Below are positions 32,017 through 42,776 of a stretch of DNA of 64,000 bases, piece after piece. The stretch's first letter is position 1. Each line of letters begins with the position of its first letter. This stretch comes from Faecalibacillus sp. (GTDB lineage Bacteria; Bacillota_I; Bacilli_A; RFN20; CAG-826): the NCBI GenBank assembly GCA_963588175.1, contig CAVAGP010000002.1:51515-115514 (forward strand), in the 5' to 3' direction. The notes under the pieces were generated by a model, which was not told where the DNA came from, made no database searches, and worked only from the letters and a program-made list of their open reading frames with translations. Both the position numbers and the translations under genes were made by a program.

Positions 32017-33518
32017 ACCTCATTGAATTTGTCTACAACGGATTCTGCTTGATCTGCTTGTAATCCAAAACCTTGCAAGGTAGATGTCAAGCTGCTAGTA
32101 GCAGTATCAATATCAATATTGTCGCCAACGTTCTGATACAACGCAGCAACTTTAGCTAATTTGGTTGAATCCTCTAATCCGTATCCTTGACGTACCCAGT
32201 CGGAAGCGGAACGAATTACATCACTAACGGTATTGCCAGTTTGTTGAGCAATACTGCCTGCATCTGTAATGACCTTCTTATAGTCATCCGCACTGCCTGA
32301 CGATACTTTCTTCAGTTCAGTGAGGGCAGAGTCCAAATCAACTACATTGCTTACAATTGATTTAACGCCTTGTAACATATACTGAAAACTCATTGAGGTC
32401 ATCATATATGTTCCAAGAGTTTTAAATTTAGAAGTCAACTTACCAAAGACACTATTCGATGCCACGCCAGCTTCAAGAGCTTGCGTCTTGAACTGCGTGA
32501 ATTCGCCATTTAATTTATTGATCTCACTAATCTGTTCATCCGTATAAGTTCCTGTGGTTTTATACGCTGATACCAAACCTTCGACCTGTTGTCGAAGAGC
32601 TGAAGCATTACCAAAATCTTTAGCTTTCTTATTCGAGTTAAAGAAGTTTGCCATCTTGTTTTGCAGATTGATAATGCGATTGTAGGCGGCTTCTACTTCT
32701 TTTGCATTTTTGACAGCAGAGCCATCAACCAATAAACCATTGTTAGAAAAACTTTGTTTTAACGAATTGTGCTTTGCATTAAAATCCTTTAAAGAATCTT
32801 CGGTTAAATATGAACTATTTCGTAATTCATTAAACCTGCTATACTGCGCATCAAACTGTCTCTTTAATTCAGAATTATCGCTGAATAAGTTGTTTTTCTG
32901 TAAGACAGTTTGCAATTTAGCATACTGGCCTTCGTAGTCTTTTAAAATGTTGCTTCTATTCGATACTGCATTTGTTTTGTCTTTGGATAAAAAGGCGATA
33001 TCCTTACCGTTTCTTTTTGTTAGTGAGTACTGAAAATCCTGAGCAGCTTGTGCTCCCTCTTTAAAGGAGACAACCATATCTTTGCCCATTTGTTTATATG
33101 TAACACTAACATTCTTTCCAAGAGTAGTCGCGTTCTTTTCAATGGCGCTCCACTCTTTTTTTATGCCGTCAAAACTACCAGAAGCATAGGGAATATCAAA
33201 GCCTTTAAATGCTTGCTTCAATCCTTTGTTCTGGCTCTTAACCATTTTGGAAAAATTCTTTAAATCATTTGTAGATTTTTTGGTATCTACTTTTACATCA
33301 AGAGGCTTCTTTTCAACCGAGCCTTTTGCTACGTTTAAATTTTGGAGAGAAGAGGCAAGCCTCTTAATTTCATCGGCGGCAGTTCCATCAACGCCAACTT
33401 TGATTTTCCATTCTTTGCCGGTAATCTGTTTTTCTAATGAAGCTATGACTTCTTGGGCCGCAGACGCATCGGCAGTTACATTAACTTTAAGATCTGCACT
33501 TACAGATGTATTAGGCAT
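32017..33518 (-). CDS. Tape measure protein, exon 1
   Basis: GAGGTGGAG SD. Ends ...TLQGFGLQADQAESVVDKFNEV, the start of the conserved TP901-type TMP core. The ORF-track tail NRCLHMWQHICFSF is intron read-through. Confidence 0.8.
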
Positions 33519-33529
33519 TTATCTCCACC

Positions 33530-33982
33530 TCACTTAGCTTGCAACCCTGCGGCTGCAACTTGTCTTCGTAATTCTTCAGTCATATATTGTTGTGCTAGTG
33601 GTTGCACTGACCGCGAATTCCAAAACACTTTTTGACCACTTCTTAAATTCGATGCTTTTAAATTAAGAATCCGACTAGATTCATACATTTGAGCAAACGG
33701 TGCGTAAGTGGCCATGCCAAACCAAGAGGCTTGCGGAGCAGCTTTCGGATCAACCATGCCATGTGCAGATAAACCACTCGACATAACTTGGCCCGAATAA
33801 GTCCCAGAGTTAGTAAGCTGATGCGGAGTTGGAGAGTTTCCGGCGTATAAAGCAGCATATTTTGTTTTTGTATTATCAACAGTCTTTGTCATAATACTTT
33901 CCACAACGCCGGGAAGCTGAGTCTTTACCTCTTCTACATGTTGTTTGGTAAGTTGGTTGAGTGCATCCACTAAGCTTCCCAT
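33530..33982 (-). CDS. Hypothetical protein between chaperone-like gene and TMP (tail assembly chaperone-T position)
   Basis: 150-aa ORF. Call is by position only. Confidence 0.35.
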   Translation of the reverse strand: MGSLVDALNQLTKQHVEEVKTQLPGVVESIMTKTVDNTKTKYAALYAGNSPTPHQLTNSGTYSGQVMSSGLSAHGMVDPKAAPQASWFGMATYAPFAQMYESSRILNLKASNLRSGQKVFWNSRSVQPLAQQYMTEELRRQVAAAGLQAK

Positions 33983-33984
33983 TG

Positions 33985-34425
33985 TTATTCGCCGCCTAAC
34001 AGCGGATTCTCACCTTCGTCGAGGCTTGCCAAAAATTCCGGCAGACTACCGATATTCGAGATAGCCGTCATAATAGACTGCATGTCTTCCATTAGACTAT
34101 GAAACTGAAGTCCAGCCAATTGCTCCTTTTCTTTATGCTCACAATAACGTCGTACTGCATTCTTAACTTCATTGAGCTGTTCTCTATCATCAATGTGAGT
34201 CATAACCGTGCTCCACATCGCCGCGTCATAACAAAACTTATATGATTCATCCATATCCTTCGGAATCGGAATATCTGTATAAGCCTCAATGATAGCACGT
34301 CTCCAGATGTAATCCTCAAATTGATATCTATATTCATCACCGTCGTACAGACTATCAATCATAGTTGTGTACAACAGATTCATTTCTGTCAAAGTTAAAT
34401 TCTTTTTAATTTCCATTCTGTTCAT
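33985..34425 (-). CDS. Tail assembly chaperone candidate (gpG position)
   Basis: 146 aa, acidic, located between the major tail gene region and TMP. No slippery site identified. Confidence 0.35.
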   Translation of the reverse strand: MNRMEIKKNLTLTEMNLLYTTMIDSLYDGDEYRYQFEDYIWRRAIIEAYTDIPIPKDMDESYKFCYDAAMWSTVMTHIDDREQLNEVKNAVRRYCEHKEKEQLAGLQFHSLMEDMQSIMTAISNIGSLPEFLASLDEGENPLLGGE

Positions 34426-34858
34426 CCTTTAATTTTTTCTTTAGTTTTCGTTCTTTTCGTGCCTTTTGTAGCTGTTCATATTCAATCCAGCCGCCATCAA
34501 TTTTAGAGTACGATACCCATTGATAGTCTTTCTCCGGATATTTGTATAAAAATAATTTCCGCTTTAATTTTGCTGTCGCGTCTGGCATACCTTTAATATC
34601 AACAATTACTTCGTATCCATTGGTATACTCCAGAACAAAATCAGCCACATAATTAATTGGTCTTATCAAAGAACCATTATGTCGAAACGACGGCTGTAAT
34701 TCATACTTTACCTGACGCTCGACAGATTTAATTTCTCCTGCTTCGATTCGCGGAACAACATAATCCCGCATAAATCTCATTTCTACAGCAGAATCATATA
34801 CAACGCCATCATAGGTGCGCTTGGATGTATCAGCAGAAACATTGTATTTACTTTCCAT
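34406..34858 (-). CDS. DUF1064-like PD-(D/E)xK nuclease-fold protein
   Basis: Start moved to ATG 34858 (AAGGA SD). KYNVSADTSKRTYDGVVYDSAVEMRF...INYVADFVLEY..GYEVIVDIKG....AKLKRKLF matches the DUF1064 pattern (D...D/ExK). Confidence 0.55.
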   Translation of the reverse strand: MESKYNVSADTSKRTYDGVVYDSAVEMRFMRDYVVPRIEAGEIKSVERQVKYELQPSFRHNGSLIRPINYVADFVLEYTNGYEVIVDIKGMPDATAKLKRKLFLYKYPEKDYQWVSYSKIDGGWIEYEQLQKARKERKLKKKLKDEQNGN

Positions 34859-35036
34859 AACAATCCTTTTATGCGATAAAAAAAGGGGAGACACTATAGT
34901 CGCCCCTTAATGTTTCAATTCGTTCTTCATGTAGATTTCGAAACACGCCGGGCAACAACAATATTCACGCCAAAAGAAATACATCTCTTTCGCGCAATCA
35001 CAAATTTGATATTCCTTCCCGCAAATACTGCATGTC

Positions 35037-35357
35037 TTATTCCTCAACTTGAGTCTCTTCAATCATCGTTTTATTCTTTGCTTTTGATTTCTTAGCATCT
35101 TTCTGGATGTTTGTCATCTGTTCTTGGATCTCTGGAAGAAAGGTTTTGATTCGTTCTTTTGAAAATCCAAGAGCATTTATCTGATTTACAGCTTCAATCG
35201 AATCGTGGTCCAAAGTATGCTTCGACAAAATCTCAAACAGCATAAACTCTTGCGGGTCGCAAGTTAGAGTTCGCCAAGGTGTGAAGGTGCGAACACCCTC
35301 ACACGTTGGACAAACTTTATACTTCTTCCCGCATATTTTACAGATGCGGGTTGCCAT
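35037..35357 (-). CDS. Small Cys4 zinc-binding protein
   Basis: MATRICKICGKKYKVCPTCEG... No further motif recognised. Confidence 0.5.
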   Translation of the reverse strand: MATRICKICGKKYKVCPTCEGVRTFTPWRTLTCDPQEFMLFEILSKHTLDHDSIEAVNQINALGFSKERIKTFLPEIQEQMTNIQKDAKKSKAKNKTMIEETQVEE

Positions 35358-35363
35358 CAATTA

Positions 35364-36152
35364 TCAGCCTTCGCCCGGTACGACGATGTGGAACAGTTCC
35401 TGATTCTCGCTGCAATAGTCAACCATTGCCTCAATGGTGAACGGATGCTTGTCTTCCGCAGTCAGGTTGATAGTTGCGTTATTATCCATAACGGCAGACG
35501 GGAATACAATGTAGCCGTAGTATTCCGTGGACTGGTCGCACTTATCTGCAAACAGAACTTCCAGACGGAAAATACCAGAGATTGATGTGCCATTCATGGT
35601 GTCAACTACAGAAACGGCGTCCGAAGCCTCGTACTCGTACATAACACGGATGTAATCAGTAGCATCCAGACCACTGGTCGGCAGAGTAACCGTCTTGTCA
35701 GAAACAGATGCAACACTTGCGCCAGCAGTAGTAGAAATCTCAATGCTCTCAATCAGCTCTTTGCCACGATCCATATGGGCAATCGAAATCGAACCAGCAA
35801 CCGGAGTCTGCTTCAGGGTTACAGTCTTGTTAGCGCCAACCAAGAAATCATCATGGGTCGGAGTAACAATTTTAGAGCTAGAAGAACCTACGGTCTTAGT
35901 AGCACCAGTCTGTGCTGCCAAAACACCCAGAGAGAACGTACCGTTCTCGCCAGAGAACTTAGCAGTCTTCTGACGGTCATACGCTGCAATATTGAAGCCC
36001 AGACGGTCAGTAGAATAAACCTTTTCGCCGCCCAGTTCCAAAGACGGGCTTGCGATATCATTACAAACGAACTTAACGCTCATATCAGACTTGCTAAGCA
36101 TAGTGCCAGACAACACGTCTTTAATCAGCAAATTGTCTTTGTTAAAAGCCAT
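35364..36152 (-). CDS. Major tail (tube) protein candidate
   Basis: 262 aa, strong SD (ATGGAGGT). Lies in the position upstream of the chaperone/TMP block. Confidence 0.5.
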   Translation of the reverse strand: MAFNKDNLLIKDVLSGTMLSKSDMSVKFVCNDIASPSLELGGEKVYSTDRLGFNIAAYDRQKTAKFSGENGTFSLGVLAAQTGATKTVGSSSSKIVTPTHDDFLVGANKTVTLKQTPVAGSISIAHMDRGKELIESIEISTTAGASVASVSDKTVTLPTSGLDATDYIRVMYEYEASDAVSVVDTMNGTSISGIFRLEVLFADKCDQSTEYYGYIVFPSAVMDNNATINLTAEDKHPFTIEAMVDYCSENQELFHIVVPGEG

Positions 36153-36188
36153 GTAATAACCTCCATAAATAAAAATAAAAAAGATGCG

Positions 36189-36905
36189 TTACAATGAACG
36201 CATCCAGTCTGTGTATTCAGAAACGTCGGATAATTTAACTCCAAAATAACCACCTGTAATCATAGCCTTTGCCGTGCGATTTACTTGGACTCGCTTTACG
36301 GCATCCATAAAAGCAAAATACGGCATGTTCCAAACTTCTTCGTGGTTATACTTGAATTCAGAACAATTCACCATTGCTGAAATCAAAGGGAAGAGATATT
36401 CATCTTCCTTTTTGTTAGAAGCTTTTTTTCGTTTTTTTATCCGATCAATTTCTATCATTTTTTCACGCGTCAGCGCATTGCCTGCAATTCTCGGAGCATA
36501 CTTCAAACCGCAGAATTTGCGCAGCGTGTCTGTCATTTCTTTATATAATTGCTTATCAAATACAAAGTTTGTTTCTTGATTCCAACGTACTAATTCATCT
36601 TTGCGTTGACCTAATACCATCTTCTCAGGTTCCCAGTCCGGAAAAACAATAGAGACACTATTGCTAGATAGGGAAGGCCATAAACTTGTGAGAAAAAATT
36701 CATACTCATCTATGTCTTCGTATCGTATCCCTTTGTCTTCTAACTCCGACATATAGTCCGTAGGTATAGAACAAATGTGAGAAACTAAAGATATAAACTT
36801 TATCTGACCATAATCACATATCTCACCGAGGGTTGGACCATGAAACACCAACGGCCCAATATATCCATCTCGTCCACGATATAGCTGAAGTACATCCATC
36901 AGCAT
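36189..36905 (-). CDS. Hypothetical neck/tail-completion module protein
   Basis: 238-aa ORF in the same-strand packed array. No motif recognised. Confidence 0.45.
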   Translation of the reverse strand: MLMDVLQLYRGRDGYIGPLVFHGPTLGEICDYGQIKFISLVSHICSIPTDYMSELEDKGIRYEDIDEYEFFLTSLWPSLSSNSVSIVFPDWEPEKMVLGQRKDELVRWNQETNFVFDKQLYKEMTDTLRKFCGLKYAPRIAGNALTREKMIEIDRIKKRKKASNKKEDEYLFPLISAMVNCSEFKYNHEEVWNMPYFAFMDAVKRVQVNRTAKAMITGGYFGVKLSDVSEYTDWMRSL

Positions 36906-37363
36906 GAACCCTGCGACTCGTTAGATACATAAATCAATTCTCTGGCACGATGAAATTGTGTAAGGCTTGTCTCTGTGCTAGACAATAACAAAAGTTTCCC
37001 AAAGCCATATTTAGAACTGCCTAAAAAGATATCGTCGCAACGTGAAGCAATATAATCCAATCGTGTTGCTCCATAGTCCGTCTGCATCAAGTCTTGATGA
37101 ACAATAATGCAAATCTTTAAAGCAATACGGCGAACCATATTTTCCGGATGATAAACTTCCGGATAATCCATACAGATTGCTAAATATGTAGTGGTCTCAG
37201 TATCAGCAGTCGGAACACGGAAAAACGGGAAGATGTTTTTGTAGACCAGATCATCCGGCGATTCAGCGTGAGGATCAATCGCTGTAACTAAAGCATCGTT
37301 CTCTAAAATCTCTGAGATAGCACGCTGCTTATATTTTTCAATTGCGGTATGCAAATTACTCAT
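36899..37363 (-). CDS. Hypothetical neck module protein
   Basis: 154-aa ORF. Overlapping start and stop with both neighbours. Confidence 0.45.
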   Translation of the reverse strand: MSNLHTAIEKYKQRAISEILENDALVTAIDPHAESPDDLVYKNIFPFFRVPTADTETTTYLAICMDYPEVYHPENMVRRIALKICIIVHQDLMQTDYGATRLDYIASRCDDIFLGSSKYGFGKLLLLSSTETSLTQFHRARELIYVSNESQGSC

Positions 37364-38337
37364 TATACCAACCCTTTCAGCGCAATCAATACATCCGTCC
37401 GGTATTGGTCGTCAGCATCTACAACAGATAAAGTAAGATAACAACCGATTAAGCGAGAATCATTTTGGACCTTGAATGTGATAGACGTATCGTCTGTCGA
37501 GTACTCAACATACGGCTTACATTCTTCCGGAACTCCAACATCAAACTTGAGTGGTAGCGAAACATTATTAGTAATCGTCGGAGTAAATGTTTTCTTCGCG
37601 CCGCCAACCTTTACAACCAAATCTGTATCAAACGTAATTTCAGCCATAGGTTCATCAGCACTTTCGTAGTAATCAGCTATCATGAGTTCTTTATTATCTG
37701 TATCTGGATTAAATGGACACTGCAATAGAATTACATTTAACAAACCAGTATCATAACCATATGTCGATGGGTCAACATAAGTTACGCGATAAGCACTTGG
37801 ATAATCCAAACGTTTGTCGATCAAAAAACGATCTTCATTGTCAATAAGCAAAGTATGTTCATCGACAGGAATGTACATTGCAAACTGACCAGAAACCAGC
37901 GTAATTCTCTTGTTAGGAGTTTCACCAGTATTAAACTTCGTAGTGTTTACGATGATAACAGGATATTCTTTAACTTCGCCATCGACTTTAGAAATAAAAC
38001 GGATTGTGTCAGTACACTGTTCCATTTTGCCATAAGCATAAATCCCATCATCAGTAGAACAGCTTGTAATATAATAATTTTTCTTTGCAAAGACGATATG
38101 GTCTCCAACACCAAGATCCTCTCCCGGAAGAGCAATAACAGTCTTCGTATTTAGATCTTGTGTTGAAGCTACCGTCACATGACGAGAAACATTATTAATG
38201 AGCACAGAATGAAACGCCGGATTATCAGGGGCCAATGCAAGAATGTCTCGATGTAGATTTGCAATATTTCTATCTCTCGCAGTAGGGCCGTTATATGTCA
38301 GCAGTTTTTCATATACATCAAATGTCACGTAAACCAC
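37363..38337 (-). CDS. Hypothetical structural protein
   Basis: 324-aa ORF in the packed array. No motif recognised. Confidence 0.45.
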   Translation of the reverse strand: MVYVTFDVYEKLLTYNGPTARDRNIANLHRDILALAPDNPAFHSVLINNVSRHVTVASTQDLNTKTVIALPGEDLGVGDHIVFAKKNYYITSCSTDDGIYAYGKMEQCTDTIRFISKVDGEVKEYPVIIVNTTKFNTGETPNKRITLVSGQFAMYIPVDEHTLLIDNEDRFLIDKRLDYPSAYRVTYVDPSTYGYDTGLLNVILLQCPFNPDTDNKELMIADYYESADEPMAEITFDTDLVVKVGGAKKTFTPTITNNVSLPLKFDVGVPEECKPYVEYSTDDTSITFKVQNDSRLIGCYLTLSVVDADDQYRTDVLIALKGLV

Positions 38338-38623
38338 CGACCTTACGAATAATACGGATACACTTAAAAATTTCTCTCCGATAAACTACTGGATCGTAAT
38401 CTTCATTTGATAATTCGATAAGTGTATTAATCACTGCCATATATTCGGTTCGGTCAAAAGTACTGTCAAGAGTTTCAAAACTTCCACGCAATTCAACGAT
38501 CAGAGAATCCATATAAGATTTTTTGGTTTCAAGATTCGTCTCGCAAATCGGTAAGATCTTATATATCTTTCCGGTTAATCGCTCGGCATAAGTCCGAGTA
38601 TCAGTTTTAGAAAAAGTAATCAT
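38318..38623 (-). CDS. Hypothetical head-tail joining protein
   Basis: 101-aa ORF in the packed array. Confidence 0.4.
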   Translation of the reverse strand: MITFSKTDTRTYAERLTGKIYKILPICETNLETKKSYMDSLIVELRGSFETLDSTFDRTEYMAVINTLIELSNEDYDPVVYRREIFKCIRIIRKVGGLRDI

Positions 38624-39069
38624 ATTGTAATCCCCGCAATATCTACTCCGGGGTGCGTGTATGAATACTGATACAACCGATTCTTTGCATCTTTGCGAGC
38701 ATCTTGATACGTTTCACGAATTTGCGCGTGAAGGTTAGCAGGGGAGAAGATGGTATAATCTTTTGTAGACATACCATTTCTCATTAAATCAGAATTATAT
38801 AATTTCTGTTTCAGCCATTCTACACGCATCAAATCAACCAGAATGTCGATTGTCTCTTCACTTAAATCGGAATGAAAGATCCCTGTGTCATTATCAACAT
38901 CCTTCAGATCGTCCAAACATGCATCTTGAAACTTCGCCGCAGCCGATATGATATAAGCATATAAGATTTCATTGCGATCATCCTCATCCAAACCTAAGTA
39001 AGAATACTCTGTAACGGAAGGGATGAACCGTTCAATGATATCATCAAAGCTAACTGCCAATTTCGTCAC
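38620..39069 (-). CDS. Hypothetical head-tail connector candidate
   Basis: 149-aa ORF, GTG start. Call is by position after the capsid genes. Confidence 0.4.
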   Translation of the reverse strand: MTKLAVSFDDIIERFIPSVTEYSYLGLDEDDRNEILYAYIISAAAKFQDACLDDLKDVDNDTGIFHSDLSEETIDILVDLMRVEWLKQKLYNSDLMRNGMSTKDYTIFSPANLHAQIRETYQDARKDAKNRLYQYSYTHPGVDIAGITI

Positions 39070-39073
39070 CTAC

Positions 39074-39691
39074 TTATTCAGTAATTACGAAACCAGTAGT
39101 CTCTTCAATTGCTTTAATCTTCGCATTAGAATCTAAGTCTCCAGACTTATACTTCTCATGAGCAATAGCTGCAATAGACTCTTTCAAACCGTTTCCAACT
39201 TCTGACACAATCTTGCGAATCTTTGCCGGTGTATAGGTAAAGATGTTATATACATCTTCAGCAGAATAAACACCATGGTAATACTGCGTTGCGCCCAACG
39301 CTTCTAATGCTTCTTGGTCATCAATCAGAATCCAATTCTCAGAAAAGAATGTCGGATACTGAGAGCGCATAGCCTGCAAATCCTGAAAATCTAAAAACTG
39401 TTCGTCTCCAAATTCCGTCCAGACTGTTTCTCTACCGTTGTATAAACTACTTACATAAACAAGCTGTCCGTTAGCAACACCAGAAACACAACAGATCTTC
39501 GTATCCAAAGGCAAGGCGTTAGTCGCCATGCGCTTTGGACGTGAAGAAGCTGAAGTCTTAATGTCCGCATCAATAGAAGAAGCTACCTCTGATTCTACAG
39601 AAGTAGCTTTCGTCTTTGACTTTGTTCCTGTGCTGTTGCGAGAACGCGGTTTCTTTGTTTGTTCAGCCATATATAAATTTAATCCTTTCAT
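39074..39691 (-). CDS. Hypothetical protein with basic Ser/Thr/Lys-rich N-terminus
   Basis: 205-aa ORF. The start is uncertain (ATG 39691 or 39670). Confidence 0.4.
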   Translation of the reverse strand: MKGLNLYMAEQTKKPRSRNSTGTKSKTKATSVESEVASSIDADIKTSASSRPKRMATNALPLDTKICCVSGVANGQLVYVSSLYNGRETVWTEFGDEQFLDFQDLQAMRSQYPTFFSENWILIDDQEALEALGATQYYHGVYSAEDVYNIFTYTPAKIRKIVSEVGNGLKESIAAIAHEKYKSGDLDSNAKIKAIEETTGFVITE

Positions 39692-39705
39692 TCAAAAATA
39701 TTTAA

Positions 39706-40722
39706 TTAAGCAAACTGATACTTGCCAAATGCCTGATTAACGACAATGCCGATGCCAGTGCGCTCCATGTACAGCCACTCGTAAGTCAGATCAGAGTTAT
39801 CAAAACCAGAACGCTCTTCGATCATTGCGTCGCCCTCGGTGATATACTTGATCGGCTTGTCCGAAGATCCCATAACGAAGATGGTCTTGTCATCCAGAAC
39901 GAAGTCAGTACTATTGGTCTTATGAGCCTGAGTCAGAGCAACAACATCACAGCCATAGAACTTGCCCATGTAACCCATGTTGTTCAGCTCATTCTTGCCA
40001 GCTTCAGAAGTGGTAACAATACTCGGAGCGATTGCACGAAGAGCCTTTTTAGTACCAAACAGGGTCGGAACAATGCCAGTCTCTGCCTCTACATGAGCGA
40101 TAATATCAAGCAGTGCAGATTCAGAATAGTTGCCAGCAACACTCGGAGCATAAACACTACCCAGCGTGTCAGCGCCGATACTCTGCCAAGCCTTCATAAC
40201 ACGCTCGTAATTTGCCTTGTTCAGAGAAACCAGAGCACGATCAATCATGTCGTTAAAGTCAATACGTCCAGCCAGCACACGATTAGCCTCTTCGTACAGC
40301 TTGATGCCATGCAGAGAAGTCGGAACCGTAAAGTAGCTGCCACCCTCAAGTCTCTGACGACGCAGCGCAGTATTACCCTCGGAAATGTCTGCTACAGCAA
40401 AGAAAGACTTGTCCGGAACATAGAACTGCTGCTCGTCTCCCAGAGCCATATTGCGATAATCAACAATGCGATTTACAACCTCATTGTTCTCCCAATAGCG
40501 GTTCTCTTCTCTCTGAATAACCTCTTCGATCAGAGCGTAAATCTGAGCACCACGCTCACCGCGCATTGCTTTGCGATCAAACTTAGTAGAACCACCGTTC
40601 AGCTCGATCAACTGCTCACGCAGAACTGACTGAACATCATTCTTACTATACTTAACTGCCTCGCCTACGCCATGTCGGGAGTCAAGAGCCAGCTTTACAA
40701 ATTCTTGCGCATTAAAAGCCAT
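39706..40722 (-). CDS. Major capsid protein candidate
   Basis: 338 aa, very strong SD (AAGGGAGGA). Lies after the scaffold-like gene. Size and composition fit an HK97-fold MCP. Confidence 0.6.
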   Translation of the reverse strand: MAFNAQEFVKLALDSRHGVGEAVKYSKNDVQSVLREQLIELNGGSTKFDRKAMRGERGAQIYALIEEVIQREENRYWENNEVVNRIVDYRNMALGDEQQFYVPDKSFFAVADISEGNTALRRQRLEGGSYFTVPTSLHGIKLYEEANRVLAGRIDFNDMIDRALVSLNKANYERVMKAWQSIGADTLGSVYAPSVAGNYSESALLDIIAHVEAETGIVPTLFGTKKALRAIAPSIVTTSEAGKNELNNMGYMGKFYGCDVVALTQAHKTNSTDFVLDDKTIFVMGSSDKPIKYITEGDAMIEERSGFDNSDLTYEWLYMERTGIGIVVNQAFGKYQFA

Positions 40723-40742
40723 ATTAATTCAATCCTCCCTTA

Positions 40743-41261
40743 TTAACCTGCAACCTTGATGGTGTAGTAAGTCATTGTTGCACCATGCTGAAATTTCGTC
40801 TCAATTGCTGTGCAAGTGCCAATAACAACAACGTCATCGCCTGCTGCACCAACCTTCATGATGTGAGCGTCCTTTTCTACAATCAGCGTCTGACCAACCG
40901 TCGGTGCTGTACCGCCAATACCCTCCGCACTAACAGAGAACTCGGTCTGCGGCAGCAGATAGTAACCACGAATAATCTTACCTGCTTCGTTAATGAAGTC
41001 ACGCAGAGTCTTGTGATCGCTCTCATCATAAATAAGTTCCGGAGCTGCAATCAGAACAAGATCCTTAATAGTTGCATCTTCCGGAACATCCGTATACTTA
41101 TGTGATTCTCTTTCTCCATCCTCTAACGCACCAACATATACGATAGAGCCATTCTGGATCTCAGCCTGAGCACCGGAAGCATCATAATAACGTCCGTGCT
41201 CCAAAAAGGCCGGATTGCGTGTACCAGCCAACAGGTCGGTACGAACTACACAATTTGCCAT
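40743..41261 (-). CDS. Hypothetical head protein (decoration/auxiliary candidate)
   Basis: 172 aa, TGGAGGT SD, located between the scaffold-like gene and the MCP. Confidence 0.4.
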   Translation of the reverse strand: MANCVVRTDLLAGTRNPAFLEHGRYYDASGAQAEIQNGSIVYVGALEDGERESHKYTDVPEDATIKDLVLIAAPELIYDESDHKTLRDFINEAGKIIRGYYLLPQTEFSVSAEGIGGTAPTVGQTLIVEKDAHIMKVGAAGDDVVVIGTCTAIETKFQHGATMTYYTIKVAG

Positions 41262-41276
41262 TTAATTTACCTCCAA

Positions 41277-42734
41277 TTAAAGTTGTTTCATATTTCTCAA
41301 GAGTCCGCCATACGCTTCTGCTTCGTTATCATTTGGAACATCAATCGGAACACGAATTGTCGAATTGGTTTTAACAGAGAAGTTCTGTTTGCCCAGCAGA
41401 GCAAAACACTGAGTCTCCAATTCTTCTATAGAATAATTAGCGGATTCTTCTTTTAATTTCTTATATTCGTCGCTGTGCTTCAGCGAATTGTCGAATTTGC
41501 TAAACAATGCCTCTTCAGCAGAAGCTCTCTGTGCTGCGAGAGTATCATTACGGAACTTGGACAGCGTTTCTACTTGCTGATTCAGATCATTAATTTTAGA
41601 ACTATATTCCGTTTCAGCGGATTCTTTTGCTTTATTAGCTACTACTTCAATCAGGCTAAAATGATAATCCTCATCTGCAATGTCCTGCTTCGGAACGAAT
41701 GTTAATCTCATTTCTTGTCCATTATCAAAATCAATTACTGCATTACCGTCAACGATTTGATATTTGTAAGCAAAATATTTGTCGTCCCATGTGCCAACGA
41801 AGCATGTGTCAAATGTGAAATCACATACATATCCATCTACGTCTTTGTTCATTAATGCTGCAAATAACATATTCCGAATCTCATTTGCTGTATATATAAT
41901 AGTTTGCGGAGTTTCCTCCGGAGCATCTTCCTCAATATTATCTTCAACAATAATACCATCCTCGGAAGCAGCGACGTTCGTGCTAATCCCCGGTTCTACA
42001 TTAGTAGAATCAGTAACATCTACGCTGGCTACTACAGTCTCAGCAACGTCAATATTCTCTTCCTGCACAGTTGCTTGTACATTTTCCTGCACTTTAACAC
42101 CTCCTGTTAAGTTTGCATATTCTTCAAGCATCTCTTTAACTTGGCTTTTAAATGAATCCTCTTTTGAAAAAACCTGTAAAGCTGCCTGCTGAAAACAAGG
42201 TTCGTCGCGTTCTAAAAGACAAAACGCTTCGAACTCGAATTCGTTAATATTCAAGATATCGTCTTCAATATCTCCTTTTCGAATCTTAATCTCAAATGAT
42301 TGAGCTGTGACTCCATCTTCCGCAATCTTCTCATAGCAAGGTTGCCGCTTCCAAAGAATTACATTGTCAATACAGAAATACTCATGCGGTACATTATCAT
42401 CTACAAGAGTCTCCCAACGATATGTAGCTGACTCCGGAATAACACCGACAGGTTCTGTAATGTTGATAATCTTTTCTCCGGATTCGGTTTCAACAACTCC
42501 CATATCATGACCGCCGATGGTATTCTCAGCAGCATCATAGTTCGCAACAATAGGGCAATTAAACATAGACGGAGCACTTGCTTCGAATGATTCATGCGTA
42601 AAATTTGTACCATTCGGGTTGTTGCCCGTATAAGCTACACGCAAAGTACCTAAAGCAAAACTGCTATTCAGGTCACGGATATTTGTTATCGGAGATTCTA
42701 GGAGAGAACTAAACGTATATCTTCCCATATTCAT
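41277..42734 (-). CDS. Scaffold / prohead-protease-like fusion candidate
   Basis: Start moved to ATG 42734 (GGGAGGTG SD). The N-terminal ~200 aa are globular (CPIVANYD...IGGHDMG). The middle is acidic and low-complexity, and the C-terminus is a coiled coil. Confidence 0.4.
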   Translation of the reverse strand: MNMGRYTFSSLLESPITNIRDLNSSFALGTLRVAYTGNNPNGTNFTHESFEASAPSMFNCPIVANYDAAENTIGGHDMGVVETESGEKIINITEPVGVIPESATYRWETLVDDNVPHEYFCIDNVILWKRQPCYEKIAEDGVTAQSFEIKIRKGDIEDDILNINEFEFEAFCLLERDEPCFQQAALQVFSKEDSFKSQVKEMLEEYANLTGGVKVQENVQATVQEENIDVAETVVASVDVTDSTNVEPGISTNVAASEDGIIVEDNIEEDAPEETPQTIIYTANEIRNMLFAALMNKDVDGYVCDFTFDTCFVGTWDDKYFAYKYQIVDGNAVIDFDNGQEMRLTFVPKQDIADEDYHFSLIEVVANKAKESAETEYSSKINDLNQQVETLSKFRNDTLAAQRASAEEALFSKFDNSLKHSDEYKKLKEESANYSIEELETQCFALLGKQNFSVKTNSTIRVPIDVPNDNEAEAYGGLLRNMKQL

Positions 42735-42776
42735 TTTCACCTCCCGTCAAAAACAAAATAACCACCTGTTGGGTGG

